From Methanomassiliicoccaceae archaeon UBA328 (lineage in GTDB: Archaea > Thermoplasmatota > Thermoplasmata > Methanomassiliicoccales > Methanomethylophilaceae): 64,000 bases of DNA. Each line of letters starts with the position of its first letter. Position 1 is the stretch's first letter. The position numbers and the translations under genes were made by a program. The DNA is taken from positions 16,147 to 80,146 of the forward strand of contig DAYM01000004.1 of assembly GCA_002506905.1 (NCBI GenBank). The letters run 5' to 3'. Under the pieces are notes generated by a model. That model ran no database searches. It had not been told where the DNA came from and was given only the letters and a program-made list of their open reading frames with translations. This document shows, in pieces, positions 41,470 to 51,100 of this stretch.

Positions 41470-41817
41470 TCAATGGGAGATCGGTTCGTAATCCAATTCG
41501 GAACACGCATCAGTAGCTTCCAACTTGAATATCACGGGCCTGAGTCCGTCGTTGCAGCTGCATATCGCCACACCCGGTTTCCTGATCTAATCTCCGAAGT
41601 AGAACGTCTCCTTTCCGGCGCCGTGCGCAAGGGCGAACACGTATTGGTAGATCGCTTTCCAGGCCTCGTCGCAGAATCCTTCCGGTTTGGCGTAATCCGC
41701 GTAGAACACATCTCCTTCCCTTAGCATGGGGCATTTCCCGAGGCCTTCGGCACCGTATTCCTCGGCGAGGTCCTCGTTGAACATCGTCCGGATGACCGTT
41801 ATCTTGACCTTTCTCAT
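41470..41817 (-). CDS. TIGR04076-family protein with an in-frame TAG at codon 77
   Basis: MRKVKITVIRTMFNEDLAEEYGAEGLGKCPMLREGDVFYADYAKPEGFCDEAWKAIYQYVFALAHGAGKETFYFGD-TAG-IRKPGVAICSCNDGLRPVIFKLEATDACSELDYEPISH-TGA. TAG at 41587..41589. Confidence 0.65.
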
Positions 41818-41863
41818 GAATAAAGAATGGAGGTCGTTGTTAATCAATATATAGAAATGTATC

Positions 41864-41879
41864 GGGGGCCGAAGCCCCC
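41864..41879 (-). terminator. GC hairpin 3' of surface-protein paralogue 1
   Basis: GGGGGC-cgaa-GCCCCC, 15 nt after the stop codon. Confidence 0.35.
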
Positions 41880-41893
41880 TGTGAAAGCGGTTT

Positions 41894-42847
41894 TCATTCA
41901 TCCAGATGGAATATGACGCCCATGTCTGAGTACTCGCCGTCAAGATATTCGGCGTAACAGAATCCGATAAGGACCTTGTCATGGAACATAGCGGCCGCAT
42001 TCATGATCAGGGATCTTTCTCCGTAATACAGGCCCATGCCGAAGCGTTCCATCATCGTGACGGTGACGGTCTCTTCCTTGTACGTTATCTCTTTCGTGCC
42101 CGTATCTTCCATATCTATGATGGCACCGGATTCGATAAAGAAGTAGAACACGGAGTAAGCATCGTCGGATGTTCCGATCAGGAGCGTTCCGTCGTGTTCG
42201 CCGAGGACCTCGATCTCTATGGAGTCCTCCCCGTTGGAGAAAGTACCGAGTGACAGGCCGACAAGTCCGGACGGGACGTATTCCTCATGTGCACGCAGAT
42301 CATAGGATACAAGGGTGTATACAGTGACCTTATTCTCTCCGAAATAGATCATCCTGTACAGCGCATTGTTGCACTGGCCGGAATCGTCCTGTCCCACAAC
42401 ATATTCGAAATTTTCGTTCGTATAGATGTCCACCGTGACCTTTCCGTCGCAGGTCTTTATCTTCTCTGTTGCCGTCAGTTCGCCGGAATAGGAAAATGCG
42501 TTGCCTTTGAGGATCGTTTCTTTCATGGTCATTCCCGAGGAAAGATTGAATTGGTTGTTCTCCAGGCTCCAATATGTGTCGCTGTTCTCCGATAGGACCT
42601 CTATGTGATATTCGTCGGTCTCGTAGAGGACGGGCACATCATCTTGGTACACGTAGTTCTCGACCATGTAATCCGCAGTGGTGCCTATTCCGGGGTTTTC
42701 GAAAGTGGCTCCGTCTTCGGAGGGGTTGTCATTCGATTGTTTGATGAGCGCTCCGACGGTTGCGGAGCCCACTGCCAAAAGAATGACCAGAATGATCGCG
42801 GCAAGGGCATTCAGTGATGCTTTATTATCGCCGGACAATGTCTTCAT
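41894..42847 (-). CDS. Membrane-anchored extracytoplasmic protein, tandem paralogue 1 of 3
   Basis: 317 aa. N-terminal TM anchor, EDGATFENPGIGT and TCDGKVTVDIY motifs shared with the next two genes. Confidence 0.6.
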   Translation of the reverse strand: MKTLSGDNKASLNALAAIILVILLAVGSATVGALIKQSNDNPSEDGATFENPGIGTTADYMVENYVYQDDVPVLYETDEYHIEVLSENSDTYWSLENNQFNLSSGMTMKETILKGNAFSYSGELTATEKIKTCDGKVTVDIYTNENFEYVVGQDDSGQCNNALYRMIYFGENKVTVYTLVSYDLRAHEEYVPSGLVGLSLGTFSNGEDSIEIEVLGEHDGTLLIGTSDDAYSVFYFFIESGAIIDMEDTGTKEITYKEETVTVTMMERFGMGLYYGERSLIMNAAAMFHDKVLIGFCYAEYLDGEYSDMGVIFHLDE

Positions 42848-42900
42848 GGATTGAAATGGCGGTTATTCCAGGTAAAGGAGATGGTAGAAAAAATAAGAGT

Positions 42901-42914
42901 GGGGCCGGAGCCCC
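42901..42914 (-). terminator. GC hairpin 3' of surface-protein paralogue 2
   Basis: GGGGC-cgga-GCCCC, 11 nt after the stop codon. Near-identical to the hairpin at 41864. Confidence 0.35.
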
Positions 42915-42924
42915 GGTTTAAAGA

Positions 42925-43863
42925 TCAGAGATCTGTGTTCGTATAATATTTACTGACCTCAGCGTCGTCGAAGCTATCTCCATACGAAACATCTTCCATC
43001 ATGATTATGGTCGCTGCTCCGTCTATTGTACTGACAAATACATTGACGGCTCCGTTAGATGGTTTACCTTCGACGGTCACGGAACCAACATCGATAGAGT
43101 AGCCGTGAGCTTCATAGGTAACATCGCCTATCGTCTTTGTCGTCGTTCCAAGGTCTCTGTCGTATATGGGAACTAAGTTGCTGCTGTTGACTGCAAAGCA
43201 TCCATCCATTATTTCATACGTGAATTCGAGGAAATAGGTTCCCTTGTATTCGCCCACGACTTCCAGACCAGTTGTTTTGCTTGAATCTGTAGAAGACTTG
43301 AATGTGCCGATCACGAGTCCGATATCCTCGGGAGTGTAGTCTTCGGAAGATTTCAGGACATACTTTGTGAGGCTTAGTGTGCTGTTATCATTATCGTTCA
43401 CTATTTTGTAAACTGCGAGATTTTTCTTTCCGGAATCTGCCTGACCGACGTAGGCAACATTGTCATTTTCATCTTCGTACACATCGACAGTAACCGTTCC
43501 GTCTATTGTGTCCATTGTTTCTGTTCTGACTTTGGTGGAACTGGCTGTATCGAAGACTGAATCATAAGAGATCATGACCATTTCGAAATCAGTCATTGAA
43601 GCGATAACGGTACTCTCCATTACGGGTGCGTTTTTGTCGTATCCGACACACTTCATAGTCATTTTAAGGGATACTTCCGTTTCTGAAAGAAATCCGGTTC
43701 CTTCATATGTTATCGAAGTTCCAACTCCGAAGTCCTCAAAAGTCGCGCCGTCGTCTGAAGTGTTTTTGTTTTTCTCGTAATAAGTATAACCAACAACTCC
43801 TGCGATCAAAAGGATGGCCACGACAACTATTGCGGCAAGCGCTCCGCCTGCCTGTTTATTCAT
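42925..43863 (-). CDS. Membrane-anchored extracytoplasmic protein, tandem paralogue 2 of 3
   Basis: 312 aa. TM anchor, DDGATFEDFGVGT, TIDGTVTVDVY. Confidence 0.6.
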   Translation of the reverse strand: MNKQAGGALAAIVVVAILLIAGVVGYTYYEKNKNTSDDGATFEDFGVGTSITYEGTGFLSETEVSLKMTMKCVGYDKNAPVMESTVIASMTDFEMVMISYDSVFDTASSTKVRTETMDTIDGTVTVDVYEDENDNVAYVGQADSGKKNLAVYKIVNDNDNSTLSLTKYVLKSSEDYTPEDIGLVIGTFKSSTDSSKTTGLEVVGEYKGTYFLEFTYEIMDGCFAVNSSNLVPIYDRDLGTTTKTIGDVTYEAHGYSIDVGSVTVEGKPSNGAVNVFVSTIDGAATIIMMEDVSYGDSFDDAEVSKYYTNTDL

Positions 43864-44106
43864 TCTTTTAGCGTGAATATTCTCACCATGAAAGTACTCG
43901 GTTATAGACTATATTATAATTATCCGCATTTTCGAAAGAACATGGGCCGATCGGTTCCGAAAATACGTAACCGCGGAACAACAGTATCGTACTGTCCGTT
44001 CCAAATAAACATGTTATATACGGGTGCGTGCGCCCGTTCTTTGGCGCCGTTACTCACAGCCAGAAAGAAACGATACGGTTCTCACAGCATCGATCCGAAG
44101 CAGAAA

Positions 44107-45069
44107 TCATGATGAGATGTATCTCGCCTTATCATACGAATCGTTGCTGCCGGTCAGCGTTTCGATGCACACGCAGATGTCGTTCTGATCGGTGTAGACA
44201 TGTATCAGGCTCTTGTTGTCCGCTCCGGCCACCGTTTCGGTGTAATGGACCTTGGACCATTTGGTGACATCCACATCCGTACCGTTCAGGGTCAGGACGG
44301 TCTTCTCTTCTTCGGCGCAATCGGCCGGAAGGCCGGTCTCCTTGTCGACGATCAGGAATTCGTTTGTGCCGTCGAATGTCATGATGTACGTTCTTTCGGA
44401 CTCTCCGATGTACCATGCCTTAAGCACGGTGAGTGCTTTCGCATTCTCGAGTTCGAATGTACCGTAGATCGTACCGATCTTTTCCGACAGGACGATATCT
44501 TCGTGGCAAAGTATGCAGTATCCCGCGAGCACGGATGTCCTGCCATCGGTCTGTACGGTCTTGTAGACCTTGTATATGCAGTCCGGATCGGTGTAGTAGG
44601 TCAGTTTCTCGATGGAATCGTAGTAGACATCGACCGTTTTGTTACCGTCGCACGTTCCTATTGTTTCTGTTCCCAGATAATCGGAATCGTCTGGGACGGC
44701 GAACACATCGTAGTAATGATACAGTTTCTCGGAGAACACACTGTGGGTGTATCCGTCATATTCCGCGGAGTAGTTCGTTTCCCCGACGGCCAGCATTCCG
44801 ATGGCCCCTTCGCCGACGCATTCGAAAGAGGCTGTCCCTTTGGCCACGGCCTCTCCGTCGTTGAAAGTGAAATCGTAGTGAATGAAAGAACCCAGTCCCG
44901 GATCGGAGAATGTTGCGCCTTCTTCCGTATAGCGTTCCTTCCAATCCGCGGTGTCTTCGCCGTCAAGGAGATACACAACGCCGATGCCTGCGGCGATCAG
45001 GGCTGCCGCTGCGATGACGGCTATCATTGCAACAGATGCGCTGCCCGGACAACGGCGTTCTCCGTACAT
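44107..45069 (-). CDS. Membrane-anchored extracytoplasmic protein, tandem paralogue 3 of 3
   Basis: 320 aa. TM anchor, EEGATFSDPGLGS, TCDGNKTVDVY. Confidence 0.6.
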   Translation of the reverse strand: MYGERRCPGSASVAMIAVIAAAALIAAGIGVVYLLDGEDTADWKERYTEEGATFSDPGLGSFIHYDFTFNDGEAVAKGTASFECVGEGAIGMLAVGETNYSAEYDGYTHSVFSEKLYHYYDVFAVPDDSDYLGTETIGTCDGNKTVDVYYDSIEKLTYYTDPDCIYKVYKTVQTDGRTSVLAGYCILCHEDIVLSEKIGTIYGTFELENAKALTVLKAWYIGESERTYIMTFDGTNEFLIVDKETGLPADCAEEEKTVLTLNGTDVDVTKWSKVHYTETVAGADNKSLIHVYTDQNDICVCIETLTGSNDSYDKARYISS

Positions 45070-45192
45070 GTACCAGCAACGGACGAAGTTCTGCAGTATT
45101 TTTTAGGTTACGAAGATAATTTTTAACCGATTTCAATTTCTTGACGGATATCAAGAAGTCGGCGATCGGATGTCGTCAAAGAAGAGTGGTAA

Positions 45193-45278
45193 TGGCGCCG
45201 AGGGAGAGATTCGAACTCCCGAGGTCAGGGACCAGCGGTTTTCGAGACCGCCGCCATACCGGGCTTGGCTACCTCGGC
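45193..45278 (-). tRNA. tRNA-Ser (anticodon CGA), CCA encoded
   Basis: GCCGAGG acceptor stem pairs with CCTCGGC; anticodon arm GCGGT-CTCGAAA-ACCGC; long variable arm; T arm GGGAG-TTCGAAT-CTCTC; ends in G-CCA. Confidence 0.9.
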
Positions 45279-45304
45279 TATGCGCAAACAATCCACTCTT
45301 TGTA

Positions 45305-46177
45305 TTAAAGACTGTTGCTTTCAGGGCGGGAAAAGACCTTTTTCTCTCTGACGTCCCAATAGATAGTCAGGGATCTTTCCGAGGCCTTCTCGCGTATCAT
45401 TCCGTCAACGGATATCGATTGGAGATGATCACGGACCATTTGTTCGGTCCTTTCGTTAAGCACTCTGGACCTGAAGTGTCCCATGGAATGTTTCCTGAAC
45501 GCCTCTTCCGGGGTTATCAGACGGTCCAGTATCCTGTCCTCGTAGTACAGCTGCGGTTCGTATCCGGCGCACCAGAGGTACTCCGTTATCAGGGCGGACC
45601 TCTCCATGCGGTCCAAAGGTCTCTCTCCGAACAGTTCTCCGATACTTTCGTCGATATTGTTGCGGTTCCCGAAATGCATGGTAATGTAGCACATCCCCCT
45701 GCTGACCGAGAGCATCTTCTCCAGGGATTTCGGGGAATCGACGGCCGGGGTGTAACGGGCGAAGACCAGGTCGTACTTCTCTTTCAGGATGTCGTCGTCG
45801 CGGTCCTTCGTCCAATCGTCGACATAGAACGATACGTTCTTTATTCCCGCAGAATCGCGTTTGGAAACGGCCTTGGATATCATCTCGCCGGAGAAGTCGA
45901 GACCGGCCACATCGCCGGTCTTCTCTGCAAGTGCCAGCGAGTACCTTCCGGTGCCGCATCCGATATCGAGGACACGTGTATCTCTGTTGAGTTCGCAGGT
46001 CCTGCCGATAAGATCGAGAAAGTCATCCTTTCCGAATTCGGCCGGAGGCATATCTCCGAAAAGGACCGATTTCCTGTCCCATATCTCCGGTCCCGCCGAC
46101 GGCGGCGGATCGGAGTTCTTCCATCTTCTTACGACATCATCGATATCCATGCTATTACCTGAAACGTCTTCCTTCAT
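45305..46177 (-). CDS. Class I SAM-dependent methyltransferase
   Basis: 290 aa. Motif I VLDIGCGTGRYS and post-I GLDFS. Confidence 0.8.
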   Translation of the reverse strand: MKEDVSGNSMDIDDVVRRWKNSDPPPSAGPEIWDRKSVLFGDMPPAEFGKDDFLDLIGRTCELNRDTRVLDIGCGTGRYSLALAEKTGDVAGLDFSGEMISKAVSKRDSAGIKNVSFYVDDWTKDRDDDILKEKYDLVFARYTPAVDSPKSLEKMLSVSRGMCYITMHFGNRNNIDESIGELFGERPLDRMERSALITEYLWCAGYEPQLYYEDRILDRLITPEEAFRKHSMGHFRSRVLNERTEQMVRDHLQSISVDGMIREKASERSLTIYWDVREKKVFSRPESNSL

Positions 46178-46211
46178 ATATCATGGCGTTCATGCCATTT
46201 CGGGGACTTAC

Positions 46212-46622
46212 ATGGAAGAGCAGGAACAGTATTTGGTCACGGATATCGAACTAACGGTCCGCAGATATTTTGGAGATCTGAAGGACAGTATCTCCGTCCA
46301 GATGCTGGATAACGATTGGAATGCGGTGTTCCTTCCCCAGACCGATTCCCGCGGTGAATTCTTCGTCGTATACATCCGCGAGATGGGCGGAGAGACATTC
46401 ATGATCACCGACAACGGACGCGCCATGGACGCCGTCGGAGAGTCCGGAAGCCTGTTCCCGGATCAGGATATAGAATCGATGCTGACGGCCGTCGCCGCGG
46501 CCAACTGGGTGGAATACGATTCGCGTCAGCTTTGGGTGGATGCGGACAGGACCGATCTCGGAGAGGCCGTCGGCCGTATGCTCCGCGTGATGATGTTCGC
46601 AGACGGACTCTGTGCCATCTGA
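46212..46622 (+). CDS. Hypothetical protein
   Basis: 136 codons from MEEQEQYLVTDIELTV. The part of ORF 45861..46622 upstream of this ATG is antisense to the methyltransferase gene. Confidence 0.4.
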   Translation: MEEQEQYLVTDIELTVRRYFGDLKDSISVQMLDNDWNAVFLPQTDSRGEFFVVYIREMGGETFMITDNGRAMDAVGESGSLFPDQDIESMLTAVAAANWVEYDSRQLWVDADRTDLGEAVGRMLRVMMFADGLCAI

Positions 46623-46704
46623 ATCTGGCATATTTGTCATATTTCCTGATTATTGGCACACAGTTTATATACTTCGATGCCAAGCACCTGAATCGATCAG
46701 TCAC

Positions 46705-46830
46705 ATGGCTATGTCCAAAAAAGACCTGACCAAGCACAACAAGACCAAGAAGGCAGAACTCGAGAAGAAAGCATCTTCCGGTGACGCCAACGCTCAGAGG
46801 AAACTTGACAAGCTTGGAAAAAAGAAATGA
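46705..46830 (+). CDS. Small Lys-rich protein (41 aa)
   Basis: MAMSKKDLTKHNKTKKAELEKKASSGDANAQRKLDKLGKKK. No recognisable family. Confidence 0.25.
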   Translation: MAMSKKDLTKHNKTKKAELEKKASSGDANAQRKLDKLGKKK

Positions 46831-46870
46831 TCCTCATATCAGAATCGTTCCGAACAAACACCTTTCTGCG

Positions 46871-46902
46871 GAGACCGTGCCGGGGATTCCGGCACGGGTC
46901 TC
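46871..46902 (+). other. 13-bp GC-rich hairpin upstream of proA
   Basis: GAGACCGTGCCGG-ggatt-CCGGCACG(G)GTCTC, with one bulged G. Confidence 0.6.
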
Positions 46903-46947
46903 ACGCGTAACTTATAAGCATAGATAATTATCAAGGGTCTGACGAAT

Positions 46948-48270
46948 ATGACCGATATCATCGAGCAGATTAAGGCCGCCAAACGTGCGGCGATCGTTCT
47001 TTCCGCCGAGGACACATCATCCAAGGACGATGCGCTTCTCGCAATGGCGAATGCGCTGGACAAGAACCGCGCAAGGATCCTGGAGGCGAACGCAAAGGAC
47101 ATGCAGGCCGCGGAAGAGCTCAAGGTTCAGGGGAAGATGAGCGATGCGCTTGTCAAGAGACTCAAGGTCACCGATGAGAAGATCTCCGGAATGATAGACG
47201 GTATCGAGGACGTCGTAGAACTGGCCGACCCGGTCGGAGAAACGATGGCCACATTGGAACTAGACAGCGATCTGGTACTCTATCAGATGAGATGTCCGAT
47301 CGGTCTCATCGGCGTGATATTCGAATCGCGTCCGGACGTGGTCCCCCAGATAATGTCGCTCTGTCTGAAGAGCGGAAACGCGGTAGCCTTCAAAGGAGGT
47401 TCCGAAGCACTCAACACGATCAAAGCATTGTTCGACATACTGACCGATGCGATCGAAGAGGCGGGAATCTCGAAGGAGGCGTTCGTGCTCATGGAGACAA
47501 GGGACGATATCTCAAGCATCCTGTCCCTGGACAAATACATAGACCTTCTCATCCCGAGGGGTTCCAACGAATTCGTTAGATACATTCAGAACAATACCAA
47601 GATCCCGGTCCTCGGACATGCAGCCGGAATATGCCACATCTATGTAGATTCCGATGCGGATATCGATCTGGCACTCGACGTGACCCTGGATTCCAAAATA
47701 CAATATCCCGCCGTATGCAACGCGGTGGAGACGCTTCTCGTCAACAGGTCAGTGGCCGAGGATTTCCTCCCGGAGATGGCGGAGGATTTCGCAGAGGCCG
47801 GTGTGGAGATGAGAGCAGATCCCGATGTAAAAGAGATCCTTTCGGATTTCAGCACGGTGCCCGCAAAGGAATCCGATTGGGATTCGGAATACAACGATCT
47901 CATAATCTCCATCAAGATGGTGGATTCCGTAGACGAAGCGATAGATTTCATCAACACGCACGGTTCGCATCACACTGATGCGATCATCACCGAAGACAAG
48001 GTAAAACAGCTTCAGTTCACCAAATTGGTGGATTCGGCAGATGTGTTCATCAACGCATCCACAAGGTTTGCGGACGGGTACAGATTTGGAAAGGGTGCGG
48101 AAGTAGGTATCAGCACCAACAAGATCCACGCCCGCGGTCCCGTGGGAATGGAGGGGCTGGTGATCTACAAGTACGTCCTGGTCGGAAAAGGCCAGATGGT
48201 AAAGGATTACGTGGGGAACGACGCAAAGAAGTTCACCCACACTCCCATGAACAGGAAATTCGAACTGTGA
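46948..48270 (+). CDS. proA: Gamma-glutamyl phosphate reductase
   Basis: 440 aa, aldehyde-dehydrogenase-like. Contains IGVIFESRPDV and AVCNAVETLLV. Overlaps proB by 4 nt. Confidence 0.9.
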   Translation: MTDIIEQIKAAKRAAIVLSAEDTSSKDDALLAMANALDKNRARILEANAKDMQAAEELKVQGKMSDALVKRLKVTDEKISGMIDGIEDVVELADPVGETMATLELDSDLVLYQMRCPIGLIGVIFESRPDVVPQIMSLCLKSGNAVAFKGGSEALNTIKALFDILTDAIEEAGISKEAFVLMETRDDISSILSLDKYIDLLIPRGSNEFVRYIQNNTKIPVLGHAAGICHIYVDSDADIDLALDVTLDSKIQYPAVCNAVETLLVNRSVAEDFLPEMAEDFAEAGVEMRADPDVKEILSDFSTVPAKESDWDSEYNDLIISIKMVDSVDEAIDFINTHGSHHTDAIITEDKVKQLQFTKLVDSADVFINASTRFADGYRFGKGAEVGISTNKIHARGPVGMEGLVIYKYVLVGKGQMVKDYVGNDAKKFTHTPMNRKFEL

Positions 48271-49394
48271 TGAACATGGACAGGAAAGAGATACTCGGAG
48301 AGGTCGGCAGGGTTGTCGTCAAGGTCGGTACGTCATCGATCACAATGGGCGGAGATACGGTATCCTCCGAGTTCATGGATTCCGTCGCCGAACAGGTGAG
48401 GAAGCTCAGGGACGGGGGCAAAGAGGTACTTATCGTCACATCCGGGGCCATAGGCATCGGGCTGAAGGCCATGAACGCCAAACCCAAGCCCAAGGAGATC
48501 CCGGTAAGGCAGGCGGCGGCATCCGTCGGACAGAGCATCCTCATGCAGAAATGGAACGACAGTTTCCAGAAGCAGGGCATAGTCGTCGCGCAGATCCTGA
48601 TCACCCTCAACGATTATTCCGACAGGGAGACCATACTCAACCTGAACAATACGATAGACAGTCTTCTGAGCTACAATGTGGTCCCGATCTTCAACGAGAA
48701 CGATGCTATATGCGTCAAGGAGATCGGTCCCATGTTCGGAGACAACGATACGCTTTCGGCCGTCATAGCCAGCAGAGCGGATGCAGATCTGTTGGTGATC
48801 CTTTCCGATGTCGACGGCCTGTATACGAAGAACCCTTCCCTTCACGAGGATGCGGCGTTCATTCCCACGGTCACCGAGCTGACTCCGGAGATACTCGAAA
48901 TGGCCGGAGATACCATGTCGAGCACGGGTACCGGCGGAATGAGGACAAAGCTCAAGGCTGCGGCCATCTGCAAGGATGCGGGCTGCAGGATGATCATCGC
49001 CCTCAGCACGGAGAAGGACGTCCTTCTCAGGGCAGCGACAGGCGAGGATATCGGAACGGTATTCGTCTCGGACACGCACATCAGCAAGAAGAAACGCTGG
49101 ATGAAGGCGGCCCATTCCATGGGGACCGTGGTCATAGACGACGGCGCAATGAAGGCCCTGACAGAACACAGATCGTTGCTCCCGGTAGGTGTGAAGGAGG
49201 TCACCGGCCAGTTCTCCAAAGGCGACGTCATCGATATCGTCTGCAAAGGAGAGATCGTAGCCAAAGCAACTCCGAATTACAGTTCCGAAGAGATATCCAG
49301 GATAAGGGGCATGCACAGCGACAGGATCAGGGATGTTCTCGGAAAATGTCCCTACAACGATGTGGCTCTCAGCGAGAACATCGCTTTGATGTGA
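48267..49394 (+). CDS. proB: Glutamate 5-kinase with C-terminal PUA domain
   Basis: 375 aa. Contains VVVKVGTSSIT, VTSGAIG, FGDNDTLSA and GTGGMRTK. Confidence 0.9.
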   Translation: MMNMDRKEILGEVGRVVVKVGTSSITMGGDTVSSEFMDSVAEQVRKLRDGGKEVLIVTSGAIGIGLKAMNAKPKPKEIPVRQAAASVGQSILMQKWNDSFQKQGIVVAQILITLNDYSDRETILNLNNTIDSLLSYNVVPIFNENDAICVKEIGPMFGDNDTLSAVIASRADADLLVILSDVDGLYTKNPSLHEDAAFIPTVTELTPEILEMAGDTMSSTGTGGMRTKLKAAAICKDAGCRMIIALSTEKDVLLRAATGEDIGTVFVSDTHISKKKRWMKAAHSMGTVVIDDGAMKALTEHRSLLPVGVKEVTGQFSKGDVIDIVCKGEIVAKATPNYSSEEISRIRGMHSDRIRDVLGKCPYNDVALSENIALM

Positions 49395-49414
49395 AACGTA
49401 AATGAAGAAGATAC

Positions 49415-49490
49415 TGGTGGGCCCGGCCGGATTTGAACCGGCGACCTCCACCATGTCAAGGTGGCGTCATAACCCCTAGACCACGAGCCC
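49415..49490 (-). tRNA. tRNA-Val (anticodon GAC), CCA encoded
   Basis: Acceptor GGGCTCG/CGGGCCC; anticodon arm CCACC-TTGACAT-GGTGG; T arm GCCGG-TTCAAAT-CCGGC; ends in A-CCA. Confidence 0.9.
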
Positions 49491-49673
49491 AGTATCCACT
49501 CGTATCCGCTCTTCATTATTAAACCTTATGACGGTCTGATTATCAAATTCAACGGAAAGACGACCGTTTTTGACAAAAACAGGATGTCCGAACTCATTTG
49601 AAAAGGCCGATCCTGCAGTACTGTCTTTCCTTAGTATAGCACCTTATTTGTATGAGTTCTTCATTGGAGAATC

Positions 49674-51062
49674 ATGGCAGAGTTCTCGAGAAGGACCAAA
49701 GATGTCAACATACTGACGGGAGACCCGAAGAAGGCGATCGTTGCAATGATCGTCCCTATAACAATAGCTTTGGTCATCCAGACTCTGAACAATATGATCG
49801 ACTCGGTCTGGGTTGCCGGATTGGGTTCTACCGCCCTCGCCGCGGTCGGTGTCGTGTTCCCTATATTCTTCATACTTGTCGCAATAGGAAACGGTATCGG
49901 TATCGGTGCTTCCCAGGCAATAGCCAGAAGGATCGGTGCGAAAGATACCGAAGGCGCGGACAAGGCAGCCGTCCAGGGTGTCATGCTGACAATAGCCGCC
50001 GGCGTGATAATGACCGTCGTCCTGTTCATAGCCGCACCGTACATCCTGGTAGCGATAGGCGGAGCGGATTATCTCGACGAATGTCTGGCATACGCATACC
50101 CGGTCATCCTGGGATGCATAGTGTTCTTCATGTCCGGATATCTGACGAACCTTCTCAGGTCCGAAGGCGCGGCCAAGAGGTCGATGAACATCCAGATCCT
50201 GGCGGCGGCGATCAACATAGTTCTCGATCCCATATTCATCTACATCTTCGGATGGGGACTGATGGGGGCCGCGGTGGCAACACTTCTGGCTATGTTCATA
50301 TCCCTTCTCATTTGTGTCTATTGGTATAAGATCAAGAAGGACACCTATCTCAAACTCTCGTTCAGCGGATTCAGATTCGACCGTGTCATCTGTAAGGACA
50401 TCTTCTCGGTGGGACTTCCCGCCGCGATGGAAATGCTCCTGATCTCGGTCACATCGATGATAATGAACATCATCGTCGTTGGTGTGGGAGGTACGGACGG
50501 AGTGGCGATCTTCACATCCGCCTGGAGGATCATCAACATGCTGATGATCCCGATGATGGCTGTGTCGCAGGCCATGGTCCCGGTGTGCGCCGCAAGTTAC
50601 GGAGCAAGACGCGTGGACAGGATCGATACCACATACAAGTACGCGGTGAAACTGATACTGTTGGTGATGATCGCGATAACCGCTGTAACGCTGATCTTCG
50701 CGCCGCAGATATGCGTAATGTTCACATATTCCGATAACACGGCCGGACTCAGGGACGGAATGGTGGAGATGCTCAGGATAATGGTGCTGGCACTTCCGCT
50801 GATGGGTCTGGGATTCGTAAGTTCCGGATTCTTCCAGGCTCTCGGAATGGGAATGAAATCACTCATTTCCACCCTGTTCAGGAACTTGCTTCAGATCCCC
50901 ATCTGTATCTATCTGGCCACATTCGGCATCCTGTCCTACATCTGGGTAGGGGCGGCCACGGCAGAGATCTTCGGTTCGGTGGTCATGGGATTCTGGGGAT
51001 TCCTCCTTCTGAAGTACATGCTCAGAGAATGGAAGTCGCACGGCGGTTCGCCTGCCGAATGA
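49674..51062 (+). CDS. MATE family efflux transporter
   Basis: 462 aa, 12 hydrophobic segments, typical MATE N-terminus (GDPKKAIVAMIVPITIALVIQTLNNMIDSVWV). Confidence 0.85.
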   Translation: MAEFSRRTKDVNILTGDPKKAIVAMIVPITIALVIQTLNNMIDSVWVAGLGSTALAAVGVVFPIFFILVAIGNGIGIGASQAIARRIGAKDTEGADKAAVQGVMLTIAAGVIMTVVLFIAAPYILVAIGGADYLDECLAYAYPVILGCIVFFMSGYLTNLLRSEGAAKRSMNIQILAAAINIVLDPIFIYIFGWGLMGAAVATLLAMFISLLICVYWYKIKKDTYLKLSFSGFRFDRVICKDIFSVGLPAAMEMLLISVTSMIMNIIVVGVGGTDGVAIFTSAWRIINMLMIPMMAVSQAMVPVCAASYGARRVDRIDTTYKYAVKLILLVMIAITAVTLIFAPQICVMFTYSDNTAGLRDGMVEMLRIMVLALPLMGLGFVSSGFFQALGMGMKSLISTLFRNLLQIPICIYLATFGILSYIWVGAATAEIFGSVVMGFWGFLLLKYMLREWKSHGGSPAE

Positions 51063-51100
51063 CCACATTTTTATGATACCACTATCATGGGGCATCCATC

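Noticed and set aside
48333-49454. 373-aa minus-strand ORF. Similar long antisense ORFs occur at 400..1080, 3607..4194, 4282..5022, 5305..6027, 10340..11038, 12168..12767, 51383..52090, 56235..57071 and 58487..59263.
   Set aside because: All overlap well-supported genes on the opposite strand or in another frame, and none has a recognisable motif.
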